DNA of 64,000 nucleotides from Eledone cirrhosa. Lineage: Eukaryota. The notes beneath the pieces were generated by a model. It saw only the letters and a list, made by a program, of their open reading frames with translations. It was not told where the DNA came from and searched no databases. Every line of letters starts with the position of its first letter. Within the stretch, counting starts at the first letter, position 1. Below are positions 41,131 to 54,507 of the stretch, piece after piece. A program made the translations under genes and the position numbers. The stretch spans positions 92,442,001 through 92,506,000 of the forward strand of contig OZ024741.1 of NCBI GenBank assembly GCA_964016885.1, written 5' to 3'.

Positions 41131-41705
41131 ATGGTGGCTGCCAACTCGTTTTCGAGTACGGCCACTACTTTATATCCATGTAGGAGAACCCCTACCGATG
41201 CGCTAAACAAGTGTGACTTTTTAGTCCAGCCAGCGACTTGAAAACTCTGGTACAAACACTACACTTGTGACAGTTATTGACACATAGTGCTGGGCCCATG
41301 GTACCATGTGACGACAAGTGCAGAGAGATCTCCAGATATAAAGCAATGCCTGTGCCGTGAAGCTTTTATAGTGAGTAAAGGCACTGCACAAAGCCAGTCC
41401 CACTCTCTTAACCAAGATGATATTTACCAAAAAAGAAGAACAAGTCAACATCATTGGATACCATCAGGGTTGCAGGTGTTATATCAGAGTTTTCCTTCTC
41501 CTAGAATTCTGCCTTGACAAAGGCTAAGGGGTCATCTCTCCCGGTGAATTTGGATGGCCATTGACTCTTAAGAGCTCCTTTGCCTTTTGACAGGTTTTGT
41601 TTTTAGTCCTGCAGGATGTCCAAAGTCACGCTCCTCACCAAGAAACCTTGGTGGGGTTGCCAGTTTAGTCGCCAACGACCCGACCATGAGACAGGTTGTA
41701 CTGGG
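41131..41705 (-). mobile_element. Short non-autonomous retroelement, copy B in (CATA)n
   Basis: Same ends as copy A, lacking about 35 terminal nt. Minus strand contains CTAGGAGAAGGAAAACTCTGATATAA. Confidence 0.7.
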
Positions 41706-41730
41706 ATACATACATACATACATACATACA

Positions 41731-41764
<34 letters not shown>

Positions 41765-41851
41765 CATACATACATACATACATACATACATACATACATA
41801 CATACATACATACATACATACATACATACATACATACATACATACATTCAT

Positions 41852-42382
41852 GATGGCTGCAAATTTTGCTAAGAATATTGCAATCGCTTGTCAAATTATA
41901 GAGTTTGGTGCACTTTTAGGCTATGGCCAGTCACACGAACCTGTAACAGATCCTGAACAAGCAATGCCTGTGCTCTGAAGGTTTTTTTAAGTGGTGAAAG
42001 GCCTTGCACTCGACCAATCCCCTTCTCTGAGTATCGAAAACACTACCCGAAAAGGAGAACTGGTCAATATCATCAGATGCTTCCGAAGCCGCAGGTTTTT
42101 TTCTTTCTTTTTTCAGAGTGTTTCCCTCTCCTAGAAAGGTGTTGTGACAACTGGGGGCCATTCACTCCCAGGTGAAAAAAAAATACTATTTGGATGGCCG
42201 TTGATTCTGCTGAGTTCCTCCGCCCTTTGCCGAGTCTTGAATTTCATTCCTAAGGGTGCCCAAATATCACCCTCCTCACCAAACAAGCTTGGTCGGGATG
42301 CCGGTTTAGTCGCCGACGACCCGACCATAAGACAGGTTGTACTGGGTTACATGTTACCAGTAGCACTAGAGAGCGACCTGAC
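41852..42382 (-). mobile_element. Short non-autonomous retroelement, copy C in (CATA)n
   Basis: ATGGCTGC start and GTTTAGTCGCCGACGACCCGACCAT..GACCTGAC end, as in copy A. Confidence 0.7.
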
Positions 42383-42396
42383 ATACATACATACAT

Positions 42397-45300
42397 GTCA
42401 GTCAACGCGATCAGTCGCACATATTGGCGTGGGAGACTTCATTAAATTTAAGATGAATACTACCTCCGACAGTAATGCCACAACTACCAGTCATGTTGAA
42501 TAACTGGATATTCTTCTAACTATATCCACCGAAGACACTTTTTATTCGAATTCGTAGGGATATCCGACTAAATACATAATTCATTTTACAAGGATTTGCT
42601 ACAAACAGCATGGCCGAACACAATATCAAGAAAAACAGTTTATCGAACACAAGGAGCGTAAACAATTTACCGAAGAAAACCAGTGAGAAAATCAATGAGA
42701 AAGGTAAACAAAATTTATTCAATTGTAGCTACAAAAGAAACCGAAATTATAAATCGCATTTCTCTTGGAGTTGCCAACTTAATGATGATTTATTTAATTG
42801 TTATAAAATGTCGAAAAAAATCTCTCCGTTGGCTATATGAACAGAATGAAACTACACTGGGACGAAATACATCCAGAGCTAAATCATTTCACGGCGAAAC
42901 AATGACGCCAATAAGTGACGTTTGTTGAACGTAAAAATAAGATAAATATTAGTAATTGTAAGTCCCCCAGAACAAAGATGGAATCAACAACATGTGTTAC
43001 AGGTCGCCATGCTACTAGACTTCCGAGCAGCCAGGTCGAACAGTGCCTTGAAACAACTATGCCTGTAAGAAATTTGACACCACGTGTACCATCCGAATCT
43101 ACCTCGGCTGTTGTGGAAACACTATCAATAATAATTGAATAATAAAATAGAAACGATGTTTGGTAACAATAGAACCAGAACTCTTCAATTGAAAGCTGTC
43201 AGCAAGAAACGTCGATACCAGAAGGTAGATGAAAGAAAAGTGCTTAATAAAAGATTCAGACGAAACCAAACATCAGTCTATAGAGATATGAAGGGCAAAA
43301 TAATAAGTGTCACTGAGGCTCCATCCCAGAAAGACATAGATTCCTTTTGGAGAAAAATATGGGGTGAAAAGAAGAATTTCAACCAAGATGTAGTGTGGCT
43401 AAAAGAAAATAACACTACAACAAAAACATGAAATAAGTGAGGATACCCTTGATAAGAAAACACCAGGAAGAGACATAATTGTCGGCTACTGGTACAAAAA
43501 ACTGATATTCTATCGGGTGTATCTTATCGACCTCTACCAACAAGTTCTCAAGGGAGATACACTTATACCAGAATGGTTGAAATTAACACAAACAATATTG
43601 GTCCCCATGAACAAAGACACCCACTTGGCAAAAAACTACCGACCCATTGCATGCCAGAACCTGATGTATAAGATGTATACAGCTTGTCTGAAGCTATTTC
43701 TTCAAGATCACTATGAAAATAATAACATCATCACAGATGAACAAACAGCTGGAAAGAAAGGTATTTGGGGTGTGTTGAACAACTCCTAATCAACAAAACT
43801 TAGAAGGATATGGCTACAGTCTGGCTGGACTACAGGAAAGCTTTTGATTCTGTTCCCCACTCTTGGATGATAGAGGCCTTCCGGCTTGCTAAAGTCCCAG
43901 ACATTATTATCAGAGCCTTAGGGAAGCTGTCTTCTTCTTGGGCTACTATCCTAAAGTTAAAATCAGAGAAGGAGGACTCAATTTTTACTAATAAAATAGA
44001 ATATTACAGGGGTATATTTCAAGGACACGGTCTCTCTGTGATATTATTTATCCTGTCATTAAACCCCTTGTACTTTCTGCTCAAGAAATGTGAAGGATAC
44101 ATCATTGGCTCATAGGAGAACAGAAATACGAACTTAACCCATAATTTCTTTGTGGATGATCTGAAACTCTATGCCAAGAACATAGATGGGATGAAGAAAA
44201 ATCTTGACCTGGCTACAACATTCAAAGATATAGGAATGTAGTTTGGCCAAGATAAATGTTCATATATGACTGTAAAGCGGGGAAAAACAACAACCCAATC
44301 TAGCAACATTTTCATCAATTGCCTAACTGCTTCACCGATATCTGATGAGGACTGCTACAGATATCTGGGGATAGATGAGAACATATCCTATAATGATATT
44401 TGTAATAAGGAATTCGTAACCAGGGAATATTACACCCGATTAAGAAACATATGGTCATCGGAACTCTCTGCGCACAATAAAACAGTGGCTTACAATATCT
44501 TTGCTGTGCCTGTCCTAACACCAACGTTTGGAATACTCAATTGGACGATAGACGAAATCCAAGCAATTGATGTTGGAACTCGAAAAATACTAAACAACAC
44601 TGGAAACTTCCACATCAACAGTGACATAGACCGCCTCTACTTGAAACGTAAGCAGGGAGGCAGAGGCCTAACATCAGTCCAAACAGCATTTGAATGTCGC
44701 ATCATATCCCTCCGACAACATTTACGAACCTCGAAGCGTAGGAGCCCGTCTATTGAGCAAGTCTATCTACATGAGACAGATAAGATCATGAGAGTTGGCA
44801 AGGAACTCATTGAACGATTTTCCCTGCGTGATAATCAAAAACTCACACCCAGGGAAGTTGCCCAGCAGTATCGCAGTGAATCTATGGATAAAAAAAGGCA
44901 TGCTTATCAGCAAAAAATCATGCATGGATATGTTACTAGGAAACTCCAGAGTGATTGTAATAGAGATAAACAAAGTAGTCTATCTTGAATCAACAACCGC
45001 TATATTTTCTCCCGCTTTGAAGGATACGTTTTTGCAATCCAAGAACAGGAAATCAACACGAAATACCTGATTCACAAAAGAGACAGTGATGCAGCGAAAA
45101 TACCTAGATGTGACAACAAGTGCAGACTCTACAGAATTAACATCGAAGATGTCACCCATGTCATAAGCAGATGTCCAAAGATGTCATCGCGGTACTATCT
45201 ACCTATGAGGCATGATGTAGTGGCCAAAACACTGTACACTGCAATCCGTAGAAAGGATATCCCCGATAATAAAAACATTAAAAGCTACAGCAATGTGGAA

Positions 45301-45899
45301 GACATACATATACATAATATGAAAGAGTACTGGTGGAATATTCCAGTCAAAACCCCCAATAAAACGCAAACATAGCAGACCAGATATAATGATATGGGAC
45401 AGGGAAAAGAAGGCATGCACAGTAGTGGAAGTTAGCTGCCCAGCAGATGCCAATATAATATTATAGATTAGCGAAAAGGAGAATATCTATGCAGAACTGA
45501 TGAGAAATCTGCAGATATTCCACCCTGATTACACCTTCAGATGTATGCCTGTGATTATTGGGGCACTGGGATATGTTAGTAACTGTCTCAATACACATCT
45601 TGAGAGGCTAGGCTTCACAGGAACAGAAAGAACACAACTAGTTAGGAAATTACAAGAACAATCCATTAATGGAACTGTAAAAATATGTAAAACATTCCAA
45701 ACATTCTGCATCTAATAACTGCATATACACTTGTACAGATACAAAGCATATGCACACGTACAACTCAAAACATCCAAATCCACACATACAATAACATCCA
45801 TACCTGCACACAGATGCATGCATGCAGATATGCATACATATCTACCTAGTTGATGTTGTTTAAATTCCAATGAGAGAGTCTTGTATCTATATTAGAAAG

Positions 45900-45976
<77 letters not shown>

Positions 45977-46011
45977 TGGCAAACATTTGTGAAATTATAA
46001 AACCAGAAGAA
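42397..46011 (+). mobile_element. R4/Dong-clade element, family B, long decayed copy 3 with internal deletions
   Basis: N-terminal WSCQLNDDLFNCYKMS, NYRPIAC, WLDYRKAFDSVPH, GIFQGHGLS, FFVDDLKLY, GGRGL and RLE. (CATA)n at 42382-42396 and 46012-46020. Confidence 0.92.
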
Positions 46012-47509
46012 CATACATACACACACAACGGTCTTCCGACCTGTTTGCACCCATTTTCCCTCACAAGGTATTCTTTTTATTTCACTGTTTCTTTTTTATT
46101 GACTTGTTCCTTTTGAAAATAATTGTTTCTTCTTTTGGCACAAGGCTAGCACAATTATCTCAGTGTATTACTGGTACTTTATTTTATCGACTCCGTAAGG
46201 ATGAAAGGTAAAGTTAACCTCGGCGGGATTTTAACTTTGCCTTTCATCCTTTTGAAAATAATATTCAACATTAAAATATGTTTATATACAATAAAATTTT
46301 ATCCTAAAATAACTAGCCGAAGAAACTTCCCAATAGGGGTCCAACAATGAACATTAAAAACCAATCTAAATTCCTGAAACTAAAACGTTCGCCAAAATGT
46401 TATAACAGTTTATTAAAAGTCTTTTATTTTGTTCCATAGTTAAGCTGGTTAATAATTGTTTCTACTTCTGGCACCAAGCCAGCAATTCACCAGTGCATTA
46501 CTGGTACTTTATTTTATCGACCCCGTAAGGATGAAAGGCAAAGTCAACCTTAATAATGATAGGTTGTCCTTCGGTTTCCACGATGAGTATTCAGTCGTTC
46601 AATCAACTGAACATCTGACGCGTGAATTAACGTGTAAGTAGTTGAGTTTTTCACAGACACGTGTATCATAAACGTAATTTGTATGCAAAAATCATCATGG
46701 CACGATACATGTGACAATGTTTGATCTCGTGATTCCGAAACAAACCTCTTAAATACCCAACCAGCTGGTTATTAGTGTAACACAGGGACACACATCTTGA
46801 CGAGTAAAGTAATATGATAGTCGTTTCTAGCTGTTGAGGTATCTAATGGTCGTAGGTTCGATTCCCACTGCAGACGAATGAATTTTTTGACGGGAATTCA
46901 CAGTACTTTATTTAATAAGAATTCGTAATAATTTATTTCTTTGATGTAAATTGTGTACATTGTGTACACACCAAATTTAACGTGTTCGTGTTTGAATATA
47001 CCAAAGACAATCAATTACTCTTGTTTCCGTGATTGGTGTAGCCAGTCGTACGGGTGCCACACTAAGCGCTTTTGTAGTCAGCCATCCCCACAGCCTTCCG
47101 TTCTCCATCATGCATAGAAGGGTCTCAGTGTTGTGACCAATATAGTCATTGATATTGTTGGACCAGAATTTTCTGTGGCTTCCTCTCCTTGACCCTCCCT
47201 CAACTCGTGCCTTGAAGGGTGGTATTAGTCAAGGATTTGTGGCGGGATACATGACCATACCAGGCAAGCTTCCATCTTTTCACCATCGCAAGGAGTGGTT
47301 CCTATATGTTGGCATTTGTTAATTGGCTGCTTGACAAATTTGTGTTTTGTGGTCCGTGTAGCAGCACATGGGACTTAATTAATAAGCAGAATCATCGTGG
47401 CACACTATATGTGATTATATTGTACCTGTAAATTTCAGATTCAATGCAACTTATAGACTTCAACCCAGTTTCCGTCTACCCATTTTCACTCAAAAATATC
47501 CGATTATTT

Positions 47510-48575
47510 TTTATCCCTCGTGAACACGTCCCCGAGATACGCGAACTTCTCCTCCTACTTCAGTGGAACTCCACTCACATGTAGAGGGCACTGCACAGCT
47601 TACTTTGTGAAGACGAGTGTCTCAGTCTTCACAGCACTGCTTTTCATTCCAGTCGTGCAGCACTTGGCATCCAGCCGATCCAATGCATGTCGGAGGTCTC
47701 TTCTGATGAGTTAAGTAGTACCATGTCGTCCGCAAATTCCAACTAACTGACCTTACACCTGCCAGTCTCGATTCAACTTCCAACCCCGCTGCGCATTTCA
47801 ATCCTGCTCATGAGATAATGAACAAGAGAGATGAGAGTACACAACTTTGGCGGAGTCCGACACAGCACCATTTACCCGAACACAAATACTATAGCATTCA
47901 TATAGAAACACCAGGGCAACAAGAAGCTGTCCATCGATCCCATACTTCTGCAGAACCTTCCACAGCAGATCCCATAGAAAGAAGTCGTATCACTTTTCGT
48001 GGTCCACAAAGCAAGCATCCAACTCTTGGTTGTACTCACAAGATTTCTCAAAGACTTGCCGCACTGTGAATATTTGGTCGGAGCAATCTTTCTTGTTTTC
48101 CTTTTTAAAAATCGCGATTATCATTCCCGATTACCATTGCTTATGTGCCTTTCCAGAGATCCAGGTCACATGAGTCAACCAGAAAATACCTTCGCTATTT
48201 AAAACTCTTAATATCTCAGGCTGGATTTCATGTTCTCCAGCGACCTTGTCATATTTGACCTCAGCCTCCGAGAAATAAGTCACCGCTCTCAGATGCACCT
48301 GAAATAAGTCACTGCTCTCAGAAGATGCTGTTGTTATCGTGTTTAGGAGATCAGCAAAGTATTCTCTCCCCACTCGCGACGATCCACCTCTCTGAAGAGT
48401 GTAGTACCCCAGACGCGTTACTGATAGCAGGTATAAGGGAGGACTTCTTACTACGAAGTCGACGGATGGTCTACCAGAACACTTTATTGCTTGATCTGAA
48501 GTCGGATGAAGACATAGAAGGACTTTGGGGTTAAGCTGGAATCCGACTTCAGATCAAGAAATAAAGCGTATTTTT
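47510..48575 (-). mobile_element. Degenerate RTE LINE fragment with a short inverted 5' piece; a different RTE-like 3' end lies at about 47040-47360
   Basis: Minus strand reads SDFRS.NKVFW.TIRRLR, EAEV..KVAGEHEIQPEILRVLNSEGIFWLT and LEFADDMV. Confidence 0.8.
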
Positions 48576-49128
48576 GCCTAAAGACAAAAGTTAACCTCGG
48601 CAGGATTCTAACTCAGAATGGCAAGGGCCGTAACTCTATGCGTCAAAGCATAGCGTCCGACCCTCTACCGATACTGCCAATCCACCGCCCTGGTTCATAA
48701 TAATAGGTTCTTCTTCGGTTTCGACGACAAGCATTGAGTTATTCGATCAAAGGAACGTCTGACTCGTGAATTAATGTGTATGTGGTTGAGTATTGTAAAG
48801 ACACATGCGCCATAACCGAAATTTACGGGCAGTATCAGCGTTACACAATATCAGAGACAACTTTGGACTCTGAAATTCTGGTACAATCCATCAATAGTAA
48901 TCCTAGTTTCTAGCTCAAAAACACCCAATATACCTGACAGTGGGATAAAACCTGAGACCATATGATTGTGAAACGAACCTCTTAACCACTCAGCCATATC
49001 TATGTGCAGCAGCTGGTTATTAATGTGATGCTGTAATACAAATCTTCACACAGTAATATGGTAAATATTAGCAAATATTTATCAGTAACAATATAGACTA
49101 GCTGATACAAAGTGCTACCGATAACGCC

Positions 49129-49219
49129 GCCCACATAGCTCAGTCGGTAGAGCATCAGTTTTTTACGGATTATTCACTGAAGGTATCTGAGGTTGCGGGT
49201 TCAAGTCCCTCTGCGGGCG
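49129..49219 (+). pseudogene. tRNA-Lys(UUU) intron-containing copy, probably a pseudogene
   Basis: Like 54964-55055 but with an acceptor-stem mismatch (GCCCAC), anticodon-arm changes (CAGTT for CAGAC) and a 1-nt deletion. Confidence 0.8.
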
Positions 49220-49358
49220 TACGATTGCTTTTATAAAGATTCGCAAACATTTTTTTAAATATTAATCTTCAGACATTGTTCAATTCATATTAACGATAAT
49301 GCATGGCTGTCTTAATCGTTTTACGACTAGATTTTGTTTTCTTCTAATGATAGAAATG

Positions 49359-49892
49359 TGTAGCGTAGCGCCCCCTAACGGCTGTGACTCAGCGCGTATG
49401 GGAGTTGCGTCCCTTTACGACGGTCGTAACTCAGCACCAATAGAACTTACGTCCCTTTGCGACAGGCGCGACCCCCATTGGCAGATTCAGGTACTAAACG
49501 GAGTTGCGTCCCCCTGGGCACTATAAATCTGAAGGCTGGTTAGCTATCAGCCTCTCTAGCATCCTGAACTCCGAAGTGACAACAACACCTGAGACCTCGT
49601 CATGAGATGACTCCTGTCTCATTTCCTTCGCCAGCAAGAAGAAGAATTCCTGCCTCATTTCCTTCGCCAGCAAGAAGTACACCACCGGCAGCCTAAGAAA
49701 ATGCTAACACCTCCAAGATAAGATTTCTGTTCTTCTCTACATACTCCAGCCTAGGGCTTGTGACCATCGGGTAACAATTTATTTATATTAATTCATTTGA
49801 CTTCTGTGAAGTAAAACATTGTCACAACACACACCGGAATTTATTGATATTTCTGATAATACATATATGTACACCGATACTAATCTCCTAAA
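49359..49892 (+). repeat. 5' LTR
   Basis: Starts TGTAG, ends CTAAA just before the PBS, and matches 54508-54923. Contains TATAAA and short internal tandem repeats. Confidence 0.9.
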
Positions 49893-49893
49893 G

Positions 49894-49907
49894 TGGTGAC
49901 CTGACGT
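49894..49907 (+). promoter_or_regulatory. Primer binding site complementary to the tRNA-Trp 3' end
   Basis: TGGTGACCTGACGT versus expected TGGTGACCCCGACGT. Confidence 0.75.
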
Positions 49908-50380
49908 TTTGGGGGTTTTTTTAAATGGGAAATAGTATCAGGTGTATATAAAAAAAAAGAAAGAAAAAGAGAAAAAAAACATTTAATACAAAAAGAACAC
50001 CTACAGTTATTGACACCCAAACAAACAGCAATTGTATGAATGTTTTTGCCATTTTTTTTCTCCTTTTCTGCTTTTCTCTTCTCTGGCTAAACATTTTGAG
50101 GATGACAAGATGGCGGCTTTCTTCTCCATCATTAGTGTTTTTGGCGCGAAATAGTCCGCCATGTTGGATTTAGTTTTAAGTTCCCTACCTATACCTTATT
50201 AATAACATCACTCGGTTAGTCGCTCCTTAGCATATTGTCCCGGGCGCATTATTTTTCCTGTCCAGTTGTTTGACAGAGAAAAATAAGCGATTTTGTTTTC
50301 CTTTTCTGTGGTGTTGGAGACATTTTTCCAAACAGAGACGATTTTTTTTTTGTTCTTGGTAAATTACCTACGGTATACCA

Positions 50381-51176
50381 ATGGCTTCTCACTCTGTTCT
50401 ACCAACGTACACGGGCGACGTAAGGCTATGGTTCGCCCAACTCGAAGCATTTTTCGAAGCGAACAGAGTTGAAGAGGCACAACAACGTCCTCTGGTCCTT
50501 AGTGCAATTCCGCCGGCACTTCTCCCAGCGATTAAGGACCTGGTGTTAGAGACACCCACAGACGCGACGTACAAGTCTCTGAAGACTGAAATACTCAGCC
50601 GGACTGCCCAGTCTGCATAAAAAAGGTTTAGGGCTCTGGTCCATCTGGAGCATATAGGGGATGGCACCCCATCGAACCTCCTAAGGCGAATGAAGGACCC
50701 AATGGAGGGGTCGGTAGCGGAAACTGCCATGCTGAAGCAGTCGTTCTTCTCGCGCCTACCGACCAACGTACAGGCAATTTTGGCCCCCCATTAGGGATAC
50801 TTGCACAGTGGATCAGCTTGCCGCCTCTGTGGACAAAGTTTTCGAAGTGACGGGTGCTGTAGGCAGCGAACCCCTTGCCGCTGTTCACCACCCAGCTCGG
50901 GCCACACCTGGCGATGACATCTACGCGGCAGCGCCAATAGACAGCTCAACCATTATGGCGATGCAAAAGTCCATTCAGGAACTCACCCTAGAGCTCCATA
51001 AGATGAAGGCCTTGTGTGGTGCCCGTTCACCCCTCCGAAGTCGCGGGAGATCGCAAAGTTTTAGACGTCGTTCAAAGTCACCAGCTTCATCTTTATGCTG
51101 GTACCACGAGCGATTTGCCGAGAGCGCGAACCACTGCATGCAACCCTGCTCGTTTCATAAGGCGGGAAACGCCTAA
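50381..51176 (+). pseudogene. Gypsy gag (one stop and one frameshift)
   Basis: LPTY..VRLWFAQLEAFF..YKSLKTEIL, then RSRGRSQS..CWYHERFAESANHCMQPC. A GGGAAAC slippery-like site lies before the stop. Confidence 0.85.
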
Positions 51177-54100
51177 GAGGTCCGCTGATTGGGACAGTTG
51201 ACCTCAACATAAAGTCACCAAACCACCATTTCTTCATTAAGGACCTTATGTCGGGAAGAGGTTTCCTCGTGGATACAGGAGCCTTCTGTAGTATTTTACC
51301 GGTCCATTGTCTGAAAGATACCCCCGTAGAGTCATCCATTACTCTTCAGGCAGTTAATCACTCGTCTATAAAGACGTACGGGCAAATCTCGCTTCCTCTC
51401 AAATTCCTAAATCTTCGTAGGGATTTTAAGTGGATTTTTACGTTTGCCGATTTGCCATACCCTATGTTAGGAGCGGATTTCCTCCACAACTTCTCTTTGA
51501 CTGTGGACGTCGGTGGCCAACGCCTGGTGGATAACATCACCGGTTTTTCAATTCGTGCCCGGAAAGCCAATGCTCCAATAGTCAGCCCCATATTCTTCAT
51601 CGCTGCCGCTGGATACGCCTACCATTCGTTGCTAGGTTCTTTCCCGGAGCTCACCGATAGAAATTTTCGAGTCACTGATCCAACACACTCGACTGAACAT
51701 TTCGTTTCCACCACCGGTGCTCCAGTGTTTTCGCGTCCACGCCGGCGGACAAATTAAAGGCAGCACGGTCCGAGTTCGACCATATGCTGCAGTTGGGCAT
51801 TATTCGCCCATCTACGAGTCATTGGGCTTCACATGGTGCCCAAGACTTCCGGCGACTGGAGACCCACTGGGGATTATAGAAGGTAAAATGCCATGACCGT
51901 CTCGGATAGGTATCCCATTCCCCATCTCCAGGATTTTGCATCTTCACTGCAGGGGTGTAAGATTATTTCAAAGCTAGATTTAGTGCGAGCCTACCATCAA
52001 ATTCCGGTCAGGAATGAGGATATTCCGAAAACGGCGATTACAACTCCTTTCGGATCCTTCGAATTTTTTACTATGCCTTTCGGACTCAGGAATGCCGCTA
52101 GCACTTTTCAGCGGTTCATAGACGAAGTCACTCGTGGTCTGGACTTCGTTTATGATTACATAGACGATATTCTCGTCGCTAGTTCCTCTCCAGAAGAGCA
52201 TATGCGCCACATGCATCTCTTATTTCGGCGACTTCAGGATTACCGCGTTCGTGTGAATCCAGCAAAGTGTGTTTTCAGTTTCACTTCACTAAATTTTTTA
52301 GGCCACCTCATCGACGCCGAAGGTATTAGGCCGCTGCCTCAGTGAGTTCAAGCCATACAGGATTTACCTCCGCCTACTACACTTCACCAGTTGCGTCACT
52401 TCTTAGTCCTAATCAATTTCTATAGGCGTTTCGTTCCTCATTGTGCTAATTTGCTATCTTCCCTTACTGACATTTTGAAAAATCGTCGTAAGAAGAATGA
52501 GGATATTTCCTTGACACAAGGACAGCTTCAAGACTTCCAGACTGCTAAGGACAGCTTCAAGACTTCCAGACTGCCAAGATAGCACTCGCTAGTTCATCTT
52601 TGCTAGCCCACCCGGTACCAGAGGCCAAGCTTTCGCTTTGTGTTGATGCATCTGATACCGCTGTGGGAGCAGTTTTACAGCAGTTCTACGCTGGAAACCA
52701 ACAACCTTTGACATTTTTCTCGAGTAAGCTGAAACCAGCAGAAACGCGTTACAGCACGTTTGGGCGGGAATTATTAGCCATATATCTGTGCGTGAAACAT
52801 TTCTCTCATATTCTTGAGGGGAGAAATTTTACAGTTTTAACCGACCCCAAACCTCTGACCTTCGCTTTGAGGGCTAAAGCCGACAGATATTCGCCCAGAG
52901 AAACAAGGCACCTGGACTACATTTCACAATTTACAAACGATATCCAGCACATTGCTAGCTCGCATAACATAGCTGCAGACGCATTGTCACTTTTGCCAAT
53001 CAGCTCCATCTCGTCATCCCACGAGATCGACTTAGGTCGTTTAGCTGCAGACCAACCTGCACTCCAATCGTTGGACACTCTTTCTGCCGAATTTGCGACT
53101 TGCATCTTCAAATATATGCCCTTGTGGACCACCGACAGGCAGATTCTATGTGATGTATCTACGGATTCACCACGACCACTTGTTCCTGAGACTCACTGTC
53201 GAATTGTGTTCCTTGCTTTGCACAACATTTCTCACCCAGGATCTGCTGCCTCAGTAAAGCTCATAACAGCCAGATTCTTCTGGCCAAATATGAGGCGCGA
53301 TATTGCTGCTTGGTGCCGTTCCTTCATCGCTTGCCAGAAATCGAAAATCCATAAACACATCCGGACTCCGCTTGGTACTTTCAGTACTCCTGATGCTCGG
53401 TTTCAGCATATACACATTGACCTCGTTGGACCTTGGCCATTCAGCAGTGGATATTCGTACCTCTTGATCTGTGTCGATCGTTTTTCGCGATGGCCTGAAG
53501 CCATCCCCTTACAAGATATGACAGCCGAGACTGTAGCACGTGCCCTGGTATCAGGGTGGATTACCCGCTTTGGGGTACCAACTACAGTCACCACAGACCG
53601 TGGTAGACAATTCGAGTCCCATCTTTTCTCTGAGCTCACAAAGATCATTGGAGCTCAACGGATTCGGACCACAGCCTATCATCCTGCTTCAAACGGAATG
53701 GTGGAACGATTCCACCGCCAATTAAAGGCCGCTCTTCGCGTCTATCCAGACTCTCAACGTTGGAGCGAGTACCTTCCTATTGTGTTGTTAGGAATTCGGT
53801 CATCAATAAAGGAGGACCGTGGGTTCTCCCCGGCCGAATTACTTTATGGTGCTCCTCTAGCGTTGCCTGGGCAAATGCTTGCCCCTGTTGATCTTGCTTT
53901 CCAAGATCCTCTTTCCTACGTATCCCGTCTGCGTTCTTATTTTCATGACCTGCCGCCGATAGATACGAGGAAACAAACTGTAAAACCTGCAGTCCCGAGG
54001 GATATTGCCTCGTGGACCCATGTGTTCGTAAGAAACGATGCTGTGATACCACCCCTTACACAACCGTACTCTGGACCCTACCGTGTGTTAGCACGTACTG

Positions 54101-54330
54101 ACAAACATTTCACCGTAGACATTAAGGGGTCCAGAGAGACAATTTCGGTGGATAGACTAAAAAGGGCACACAATGACGCTCATACACCCGAGCCTCAACT
54201 ACCTCATTCTTTCTCTCTTGTACATACACCTGCTCCTTCTTCCCCACCTTCACCTACATACAAGACCACGACCCGTTCCGGGCGAAGAGTCCACTGGCCC
54301 AAAAAACTCTGCCAAACTGTTTTCATGTGA
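51170..54330 (+). pseudogene. Gypsy pol (protease, RT, RNase H, integrase), disrupted
   Basis: [78 protein letters not shown]. Confidence 0.95.
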
Positions 54331-54507
54331 ACTGGCCACTGAAGCCTGATTATTTTTTTTGTTCTTGTTTGTTTTTCTTTATTGTATTACTATGTACCTC
54401 TCATTACCATTTCATGCTTACCATTTCATGCCTGTGCTGGGAGTCCATGCTTGTGGGTTCGCTACAGTTACCTTCGGGCTTTTCGCCTAGCGTCTGGAGG
54501 AGGGTAC

